From: Auanema rhodensis
Lineage: Eukaryota; Animalia; Nematoda
Direction of reading: 5' to 3'
Length of the DNA stretch: 64,000 nt
NCBI GenBank assembly: GCA_964057225.1
Contig: OZ059897.1
Location: 3,286,001-3,350,000 of the forward strand
Numbering within the stretch: position 1 is the first letter of the stretch; every line of letters begins with the position of its first letter. Of this stretch, positions 1-10,529 are shown in pieces. The notes under the pieces were generated by a model. The model was given only the letters and a program-made list of their open reading frames with translations, made no database searches and was not told the DNA's origin. Made by a program: the position numbers and the translations under genes.

Positions 1-9
1 ATAGTGCAT

Positions 10-76
10 TCGATGCGGATTTTTAAGCTGCGTCGATCTGTGTTATCAGATTTGAGTTAGCTTAAAAATGCACCGA
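10..76. other. Long imperfect inverted repeat (potential hairpin/cruciform), present in every monomer with minor variants
   Basis: Perfect 11-bp arms ATTTTTAAGCT (19-29) and AGCTTAAAAAT (59-69). Inner stem ATCTG (36-40) with CAGAT (47-51). Outer extensions TGC (14-16) with GCA (70-72) and TCG (10-12) with CGA (74-76). All share an axis at about m43-44. Confidence 0.85.
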
Positions 77-258
77 GATATCAACTGATATATGTTCACA
101 CTTATATCCTCGATTTTCACCCTGAAGAAATAGTTTTTTCGTTGAAAAACATTGTCCATCGTCTTTGCCTTGAAAAAAGGAATCTAAAAACATCTACTTT
201 TTGTGAAATTATTTAGAAATTTTTCGGGAAAATTTTTGTCAAAATGTTTTTGGAAGCA

Positions 259-286
259 ATGTTGAGTGTACATGGGAACTCAACAT
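259..286. other. Perfect 9-bp inverted repeat with 10-nt spacer, in nearly every monomer
   Basis: ATGTTGAGT (259-267), spacer GTACATGGGA, ACTCAACAT (278-286). Confidence 0.9.
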
Positions 287-290
287 ACAC

Positions 291-300
291 TAATGCATTA
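291..300. other. Perfect 10-bp palindrome TAATGCATTA, in nearly every monomer
   Basis: Self-complementary. Altered only at 58912 and 60318 (A>G) among the copies I read. Confidence 0.9.
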
Positions 301-3300
301 TTTTTCAAACGATCATAACTTATTTTTGTATAGAGCGTTTCTCAATGTAGTATAGTGCATTCGATGCGGATTTTTAAGCTGCGTCGATCTGTGTTATCAG
401 ATTTGAGTTAGCTTAAAAATGCACCGAGATATCAACTGATATATGTTCACACTTATATCCTCGATTTTCACCCTGAAGAAATGATTTTTTCGTTGAATAA
501 CATTGTCCATCGTCTTCGTCTTGAAAAAAGGAATCTAAAAACATCTACTTTTTGTGAAATTATTTAGAAATTTTTCGGGAAAATTTTTGTCAAAATGTTT
601 TTGGAAGCAATGTTGAGTGTACATGGGAACTCAACATACACTAATGCATTATTTTTCAAACGATCATAACTTATTTTTGTATAGAGCGTTTCTCAATGTA
701 GTATAGTGCATTCGATGCGGATTTTTAAGCTGCGTCGATCTGTGTTATCCGATTTGAGTTAGCTTAAAAATGCACCGAGATATCAACTGATATATGTTCA
801 CACTTATATCCTCGATTTTCACCCTGAAGAAATGATTTTTTCGTTGAATAACATTGTCCATCGTCTTCGTCTTGAAAAAAGGAATCTAAAAACATCTACT
901 TTTTGTGAAATTATTTAGAAATTTTTCGGGAAAATTTTTGTCAAAATGTTTTTGGAAGCAATGTTGAGTGTACATGGGAACTCAACATACACTAATGCAT
1001 TATTTTTCAAACGATCATAACTAATTTTTGTATAGAGCGTTTCTCAATGTAGTATAGTGCATTCGATGCGGATTTTTAAGCTGCGTTGATCTGTGTTATC
1101 AGATTTGAGTTAACTTAAAAATGCACCGAGATATCAACTGATATAGGTTCACACTTATATCCTCGATTTTCACCCTGAAGAAGTAGTTTTTTCGTTGAAA
1201 AACATTGTCCATCGTCTTCGTAATGAAAAAAGGAATCTAAAAACATCTACTTTTTAAGAAATTATATAGAAATTTTTCGGGAAAATTTTTGTCAAAATGT
1301 TTTTGGAAGCAATGTTGAGTGTACATGGGAACTCAACATACACTAATGCATTATTTTTCAAACGATCATAACTTATTTTTGTATAGAGCGTTTCTCAATG
1401 TAGTATAGTGCATTCGATGCGGATTTTTAAGCTGCGTCGATCTGTGTTATCAGATTTGAGTTAGCTTAAAAATGCACCGAGATATCAACTGATATATGTT
1501 CACACTTATATCCTCGATTTTCACCCTGAAGAAATAGTTTTTTCGTTGAAAAACATTGTCCATCGTCTTTGCCTTGAAAAAAGGAATCTAAAAACATCTA
1601 CTTTTTGTGAAATTATTTAGAAATTTTTCGGGAAAATTTTTGTCAAAATGTTTTTGGAAGCAATGTTGAGTGTACATGGGAACTCAACATACACTAATGC
1701 ATTATTTTTCAAACGATCATAACTTATTTTTGTATAGAGCGTTTCTCAATGTAGTATAGTGCATTCGATGCGGATTTTTAAGCTGCGTCGATCTGTGTTA
1801 TCAGATTTGAGTTAGCTTAAAAATGCACCGAGATATCAACTGATATATGTTCACACTTATATCCTCGATTTTCACCCTGAAGAAATGATTTTTTCGTTGA
1901 ATAACATTGTCCATCGTCTTCGTCTTGAAAAAAGGAATCTAAAAACATCTACTTTTTGTGAAATTATTTAGAAATTTTTCGGGAAAATTTTTGTCAAAAT
2001 GTTTTTGGAAGCAATGTTGAGTGTACATGGGAACTCAACATACACTAATGCATTATTTTTCAAACGATCATAACTTATTTTTGTATAGAGCGTTTCTCAA
2101 TGTAGTATAGTGCATTCGATGCGGATTTTTAAGCTGCGTTGATCTGTGTTATCAGATTTGAGTTAACTTAAAAATGCACCGAGATATCAACTGATATAGG
2201 TTCACACTTATATCCTCGATTTTCACCCTGAAGAAGTAGTTTTTTCGTTGAAAAACATTGTCCATCGTCTTCGTCATGAAAAAAGGAATCTAAAACCATC
2301 TACTTTTTAAGAAATTATATAGAAATTTTTCGGGAAAATTTTTGTCAAAATGTTTTTGGAAGCAATGTTGAGTGTACATGGGAACTCAACATACACTAAT
2401 GCATTATTTTTCAAACGATCATAACTTATTTTTGTATAGAGCGTTTCTCAATGTAGTATAGTGCATTCGATGCGGATTTTTAAGCTGCGTCGATCTGTGT
2501 TATCAGATTTGAGTTAGCTTAAAAATGCACCGAGATATCAACTGATATATGTTCACACTTATATCCTCGATTTTCACCCTGAAGAAATAGTTTTTTCGTT
2601 GAAAAACATTGTCCATCGTCTTTGCCTTGAAAAAAGGAATCTAAAAACATCTACTTTTTGTGAAATTATTTAGAAATTTTTCGGGAAAATTTTTGTCAAA
2701 ATGTTTTTGGAAGCAATGTTGAGTGTACATGGGAACTCAACATACACTAATGCATTATTTTTCAAACGATCATAACTTATTTTTGTATAGAGCGTTTCTC
2801 AATGTAGTATAGTGCATTCGATGCGGATTTTTAAGCTGCGTCGATCTGTGTTATCAGATTTGAGTTAGCTTAAAAATGCACCGAGATATCAACTGATATA
2901 TGTTCACACTTATATCCTCGATTTTCACCCTGAAGAAATGATTTTTTCGTTGAATAACATTGTCCATCGTCTTCGTCTTGAAAAAAGGAATCTAAAAACA
3001 TCTACTTTTTGTGAAATTATTTAGAAATTTTTCGGGAAAATTTTTGTCAAAATGTTTTTGGAAGCAATGTTGAGTGTACATGGGAACTCAACATACACTA
3101 ATGCATTATTTTTCAAACGATCATAACTTATTTTTGTATAGAGCGTTTCTCAATGTAGTATAGTGCATTCGATGCGGATTTTTAAGCTGCGTCGATCTGT
3201 GTTATCCGATTTGAGTTAGCTTAAAAATGCACCGAGATATCAACTGATATATGTTCACACTTATATCCTCGATTTTCACCCTGAAGAAATGATTTTTTCG

Positions 3301-6300
3301 TTGAATAACATTGTCCATCGTCTTCGTCTTGAAAAAAGGAATCTAAAAACATCTACTTTTTGTGAAATTATTTAGAAATTTTTCGGGAAAATTTTTGTCA
3401 AAATGTTTTTGGAAGCAATGTTGAGTGTACATGGGAACTCAACATACACTAATGCATTATTTTTCAAACGATCATAACTAATTTTTGTATAGAGCGTTTC
3501 TCAATGTAGTATAGTGCATTCGATGCGGATTTTTAAGCTGCGTTGATCTGTGTTATCAGATTTGAGTTAACTTAAAAATGCACCGAGATATCAACTGATA
3601 TAGGTTCACACTTATATCCTCGATTTTCACCCTGAAGAAGTAGTTTTTTCGTTGAAAAACATTGTCCATCGTCTTCGTAATGAAAAAAGGAATCTAAAAA
3701 CATCTACTTTTTAAGAAATTATATAGAAATTTTTCGGGAAAATTTTTGTCAAAATGTTTTTGGAAGCAATGTTGAGTGTACATGGGAACTCAACATACAC
3801 TAATGCATTATTTTTCAAACGATCATAACTTATTTTTGTATAGAGCGTTTCTCAATGTAGTATAGTGCATTCGATGCGGATTTTTAAGCTGCGTCGATCT
3901 GTGTTATCAGATTTGAGTTAGCTTAAAAATGCACCGAGATATCAACTGATATATGTTCACACTTATATCCTCGATTTTCACCCTGAAGAAATAGTTTTTT
4001 CGTTGAAAAACATTGTCCATCGTCTTTGCCTTGAAAAAAGGAATCTAAAAACATCTACTTTTTGTGAAATTATTTAGAAATTTTTCGGGAAAATTTTTGT
4101 CAAAATGTTTTTGGAAGCAATGTTGAGTGTACATGGGAACTCAACATACACTAATGCATTATTTTTCAAACGATCATAACTTATTTTTGTATAGAGCGTT
4201 TCTCAATGTAGTATAGTGCATTCGATGCGGATTTTTAAGCTGCGTCGATCTGTGTTATCAGATTTGAGTTAGCTTAAAAATGCACCGAGATATCAACTGA
4301 TATATGTTCACACTTATATCCTCGATTTTCACCCTGAAGAAATGATTTTTTCGTTGAATAACATTGTCCATCGTCTTCGTTTTGAAAAAAGGAATCTAAA
4401 AACATCTACTTTTTGTGAAATTATTTAGAAATTTTTCGGGAAAATTTTTGTCAAAATGTTTTTGGAAGCAATGTTGAGTGTACATGGGAACTCAACATAC
4501 ACTAATGCATTATTTTTCAAACGATCATAACTTATTTTTGTATAGAGCGTTTCTCAATGTAGTATAGTGCATTCGATGCGGATTTTTAAGCTGCGTCGAT
4601 CTGTGTTATCCGATTTGAGTTAGCTTAAAAATGCACCGAGATATCAACTGATATATGTTCACACTTATATCCTCGATTTTCACCCTGAAGAAATGATTTT
4701 TTCGTTGAATAACATTGTCCATCGTCTTCGTCTTGAAAAAAGGAATCTAAAAACATCTACTTTTTGTGAAATTATTTAGAAATTTTTCGGGAAAATTTTT
4801 GTCAAAATGTTTTTGGAAGCAATGTTGAGTGTACATGGGAACTCAACATACACTAATGCATTATTTTTCAAACGATCATAACTAATTTTTGTATAGAGCG
4901 TTTCTCAATGTAGTATAGTGCATTCGATGCGGATTTTTAAGCTGCGTTGATCTGTGTTATCAGATTTGAGTTAACTTAAAAATGCACCGAGATATCAACT
5001 GATATAGGTTCACACTTATATCCTCGATTTTCACCCTGAAGAAGTAGTTTTTTCGTTGAAAAACATTGTCCATCGTCTTCGTAATGAAAAAAGGAATCTA
5101 AAAACATCTACTTTTTAAGAAATTATATAGAAATTTTTCGGGAAAATTTTTGTCAAAATGTTTTTGGAAGCAATGTTGAGTGTACATGGGAACTCAACAT
5201 ACACTAATGCATTATTTTTCAAACGATCATAACTTATTTTTGTATAGAGCGTTTCTCAATGTAGTATAGTGCATTCGATGCGGATTTTTAAGCTGCGTCG
5301 ATCTGTGTTATCCGATTTGAGTTAGCTTAAAAATGCACCGAGATATCAACTGATATATGTTCACACTTATATCCTCGATTTTCACCCTGAAGAAATGATT
5401 TTTTCGTTGAATAACATTGTCCATCGTCTTCGTCTTGAAAAAAGGAATCTAAAAACATCTACTTTTTGTGAAATTATTTAGAAATTTTTCGGGAAAATTT
5501 TTGTCAAAATGTTTTTGGAAGCAATGTTGAGTGTACATGGGAACTCAACATACACTAATGCATTATTTTTCAAACGATCATAACTAATTTTTGTATAGAG
5601 CGTTTCTCAATGTAGTATAGTGCATTCGATGCGGATTTTTAAGCTGCGTTGATCTGTGTTATCAGATTTGAGTTAACTTAAAAATGCACCGAGATATCAA
5701 CTGATATAGGTTCACACTTATATCCTCGATTTTCACCCTGAAGAAGTAGTTTTTTCGTTGAAAAACATTGTCCATCGTCTTCGTCATGAAAAAAGGAATC
5801 TAAAACCATCTACTTTTTAAGAAATTATATAGAAATTTTTCGGGAAAATTTTTGTCAAAATGTTTTTGGAAGCAATGTTGAGTGTACATGGGAACTCAAC
5901 ATACACTAATGCATTATTTTTCAAACGATCATAACTTATTTTTGTATAGAGCGTTTCTCAATGTAGTATAGTGCATTCGATGCGGATTTTTAAGCTGCGT
6001 CGATCTGTGTTATCAGATTTGAGTTAGCTTAAAAATGCACCGAGATATCAACTGATATATGTTCACACTTATATCCTCGATTTTCACCCTGAAGAAATAG
6101 TTTTTTCGTTGAAAAACATTGTCCATCGTCTTTGCCTTGAAAAAAGGAATCTAAAAACATCTACTTTTTGTGAAATTATTTAGAAATTTTTCGGGAAAAT
6201 TTTTGTCAAAATGTTTTTGGAAGCAATGTTGAGTGTACATGGGAACTCAACATACACTAATGCATTATTTTTCAAACGATCATAACTTATTTTTGTATAG

Positions 6301-9300
6301 AGCGTTTCTCAATGTAGTATAGTGCATTCGATGCGGATTTTTAAGCTGCGTCGATCTGTGTTATCCGATTTGAGTTAGCTTAAAAATGCACCGAGATATC
6401 AACTGATATATGTTCACACTTATATCCTCGATTTTCACCCTGAAGAAATGATTTTTTCGTTGAATAACATTGTCCATCGTCTTCGTCTTGAAAAAAGGAA
6501 TCTAAAAACATCTACTTTTTGTGAAATTATTTAGAAATTTTTCGGGAAAATTTTTGTCAAAATGTTTTTGGAAGCAATGTTGAGTGTACATGGGAACTCA
6601 ACATACACTAATGCATTATTTTTCAAACGATCATAACTAATTTTTGTATAGAGCGTTTCTCAATGTAGTATAGTGCATTCGATGCGGATTTTTAAGCTGC
6701 GTTGATCTGTGTTATCAGATTTGAGTTAACTTAAAAATGCACCGAGATATCAACTGATATAGGTTCACACTTATATCCTCGATTTTCACCCTGAAGAAGT
6801 AGTTTTTTCGTTGAAAAACATTGTCCATCGTCTTCGTCATGAAAAAAGGAATCTAAAAACATCTACTTTTTAAGAAATTATATAGAAATTTTTCGGGAAA
6901 ATTTTTGTCAAAATGTTTTTGGAAGCAATGTTGAGTGTACATGGGAACTCAACATACACTAATGCATTATTTTTCAAACGATCATAACTTATTTTTGTAT
7001 AGAGCGTTCTCAATGTAGTATAGTGCATTCGATGCGGATTTTTAAGCTGCGTCGATCTGTGTTATCAGATTTGAGTTAGCTTAAAAATGCACCGAGATAT
7101 CAACTGATATATGTTCACACTTATATCCTCGATTTTCACCCTGAAGAAATAGTTTTTTCGTTGAAAAACATTGTCCATCGTCTTTGCCTTGAAAAAAGGA
7201 ATCTAAAAACATCTACTTTTTGTGAAATTATTTAGAAATTTTTCGGGAAAATTTTTGTCAAAATGTTTTTGGAAGCAATGTTGAGTGTACATGGGAACTC
7301 AACATACACTAATGCATTATTTTTCAAACGATCATAACTTATTTTTGTATAGAGCGTTTCTCAATGTAGTATAGTGCATTCGATGCGGATTTTTAAGCTG
7401 CGTCGATCTGTGTTATCCGATTTGAGTTAGCTTAAAAATGCACCGAGATATCAACTGATATATGTTCACACTTATATCCTCGATTTTCACCCTGAAGAAA
7501 TGATTTTTTCGTTGAATAACATTGTCCATCGTCTTCGTCTTGAAAAAAGGAATCTAAAAACATCTACTTTTTGTGAAATTATTTAGAAATTTTTCGGGAA
7601 AATTTTTGTCAAAATGTTTTTGGAAGCAATGTTGAGTGTACATGGGAACTCAACATACACTAATGCATTATTTTTCAAACGATCATAACTAATTTTTGTA
7701 TAGAGCGTTTCTCAATGTAGTATAGTGCATTCGATGCGGATTTTTAAGCTGCGTTGATCTGTGTTATCAGATTTGAGTTAACTTAAAAATGCACCGAGAT
7801 ATCAACTGATATAGGTTCACACTTATATCCTCGATTTTCACCCTGAAGAAGTAGTTTTTTCGTTGAAAAACATTGTCCATCGTCTTCGTCATGAAAAAAG
7901 GAATCTAAAACCATCTACTTTTTAAGAAATTATATAGAAATTTTTCGGGAAAATTTTTGTCAAAATGTTTTTGGAAGCAATGTTGAGTGTACATGGGAAC
8001 TCAACATACACTAATGCATTATTTTTCAAACGATCATAACTTATTTTTGTATAGAGCGTTTCTCAATGTAGTATAGTGCATTCGATGCGGATTTTTAAGC
8101 TGCGTCGATCTGTGTTATCAGATTTGAGTTAGCTTAAAAATGCACCGAGATATCAACTGATATATGTTCACACTTATATCCTCGATTTTCACCCTGAAGA
8201 AATAGTTTTTTCGTTGAAAAACATTGTCCATCGTCTTTGCCTTGAAAAAAGGAATCTAAAAACATCTACTTTTTGTGAAATTATTTAGAAATTTTTCGGG
8301 AAAATTTTTGTCAAAATGTTTTTGGAAGCAATGTTGAGTGTACATGGGAACTCAACATACACTAATGCATTATTTTTCAAACGATCATAACTTATTTTTG
8401 TATAGAGCGTTTCTCAATGTAGTATAGTGCATTCGATGCGGATTTTTAAGCTGCGTCGATCTGTGTTATCAGATTTGAGTTAGCTTAAAAATGCACCGAG
8501 ATATCAACTGATATATGTTCACACTTATATCCTCGATTTTCACCCTGAAGAAATGATTTTTTCGTTGAATAACATTGTCCATCGTCTTCGTTTTGAAAAA
8601 AGGAATCTAAAAACATCTACTTTTTGTGAAATTATTTAGAAATTTTTCGGGAAAATTTTTGTCAAAATGTTTTTGGAAGCAATGTTGAGTGTACATGGGA
8701 ACTCAACATACACTAATGCATTATTTTTCAAACGATCATAACTTATTTTTGTATAGAGCGTTTCTCAATGTAGTATAGTGCATTCGATGCGGATTTTTAA
8801 GCTGCGTCGATCTGTGTTATCCGATTTGAGTTAGCTTAAAAATGCACCGAGATATCAACTGATATATGTTCACACTTATATCCTCGATTTTCACCCTGAA
8901 GAAATGATTTTTTCGTTGAATAACATTGTCCATCGTCTTCGTCTTGAAAAAAGGAATCTAAAAACATCTACTTTTTGTGAAATTATTTAGAAATTTTTCG
9001 GGAAAATTTTTGTCAAAATGTTTTTGGAAGCAATGTTGAGTGTACATGGGAACTCAACATACACTAATGCATTATTTTTCAAACGATCATAACTAATTTT
9101 TGTATAGAGCGTTTCTCAATGTAGTATAGTGCATTCGATGCGGATTTTTAAGCTGCGTTGATCTGTGTTATCAGATTTGAGTTAACTTAAAAATGCACCG
9201 AGATATCAACTGATATAGGTTCACACTTATATCCTCGATTTTCACCCTGAAGAAGTAGTTTTTTCGTTGAAAAACATTGTCCATCGTCTTCGTAATGAAA

Positions 9301-10529
9301 AAAGGAATCTAAAAACATCTACTTTTTAAGAAATTATATAGAAATTTTTCGGGAAAATTTTTGTCAAAATGTTTTTGGAAGCAATGTTGAGTGTACATGG
9401 GAACTCAACATACACTAATGCATTATTTTTCAAACGATCATAACTTATTTTTGTATAGAGCGTTTCTCAATGTAGTATAGTGCATTCGATGCGGATTTTT
9501 AAGCTGCGTCGATCTGTGTTATCCGATTTGAGTTAGCTTAAAAATGCACCGAGATATCAACTGATATATGTTCACACTTATATCCTCGATTTTCACCCTG
9601 AAGAAATGATTTTTTCGTTGAATAACATTGTCCATCGTCTTCGTCTTGAAAAAAGGAATCTAAAAACATCTACTTTTTGTGAAATTATTTAGAAATTTTT
9701 CGGGAAAATTTTTGTCAAAATGTTTTTGGAAGCAATGTTGAGTGTACATGGGAACTCAACATACACTAATGCATTATTTTTCAAACGATCATAACTAATT
9801 TTTGTATAGAGCGTTTCTCAATGTAGTATAGTGCATTCGATGCGGATTTTTAAGCTGCGTTGATCTGTGTTATCAGATTTGAGTTAACTTAAAAATGCAC
9901 CGAGATATCAACTGATATAGGTTCACACTTATATCCTCGATTTTCACCCTGAAGAAGTAGTTTTTTCGTTGAAAAACATTGTCCATCGTCTTCGTAATGA
10001 AAAAAGGAATCTAAAAACATCTACTTTTTAAGAAATTATATAGAAATTTTTCGGGAAAATTTTTGTCAAAATGTTTTTGGAAGCAATGTTGAGTGTACAT
10101 GGGAACTCAACATACACTAATGCATTATTTTTCAAACGATCATAACTTATTTTTGTATAGAGCGTTTCTCAATGTAGTATAGTGCATTCGATGCGGATTT
10201 TTAAGCTGCGTCGATCTGTGTTATCAGATTTGAGTTAGCTTAAAAATGCACCGAGATATCAACTGATATATGTTCACACTTATATCCTCGATTTTCACCC
10301 TGAAGAAATAGTTTTTTCGTTGAAAAACATTGTCCATCGTCTTTGCCTTGAAAAAAGGAATCTAAAAACATCTACTTTTTGTGAAATTATTTAGAAATTT
10401 TTCGGGAAAATTTTTGTCAAAATGTTTTTGGAAGCAATGTTGAGTGTACATGGGAACTCAACATACACTAATGCATTATTTTTCAAACGATCATAACTTA
10501 TTTTTGTATAGAGCGTTTCTCAATGTAGT

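Larger units (their letters stand above)
1..351. repeat. Representative monomer (type A); about 32% GC, many A4-6/T4-6 tracts
   Basis: Hand count gives 112 G+C in 351 bp. The phase is arbitrary and set at the window start. Confidence 0.97.

Noticed and set aside
137-153. CENP-B-box-like TTTCGTTGAAAAACATT
   Set aside because: It resembles the 5' part of CTTCGTTGGAAACGGGA but lacks the essential CGGG (5 of 9 core positions), and m140 and m147 vary among copies.
1-351. Tandem RNA gene unit (5S rRNA, tRNA, snRNA, spliced-leader RNA)
   Set aside because: I recognised no 5S or tRNA sequence, Pol III boxes or known leader. The Sm-site-like AATTTTTG (231-238) is expected by chance in T-tract-rich DNA. 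An Rfam scan would settle this.
1-351. Monomer as an ancient dimer of two ~175-bp subunits
   Set aside because: The only internal similarity I found (338-357 vs 486-505, about 12/20) has a 148-bp offset and is within AT-rich background.
1-351. Assignment to a named satellite family of similar length (Drosophila 1.688/359-bp, tenebrionid ~350-360-bp satellites)
   Set aside because: Only length and AT content match. I do not recognise sequence identity and cannot run a search.
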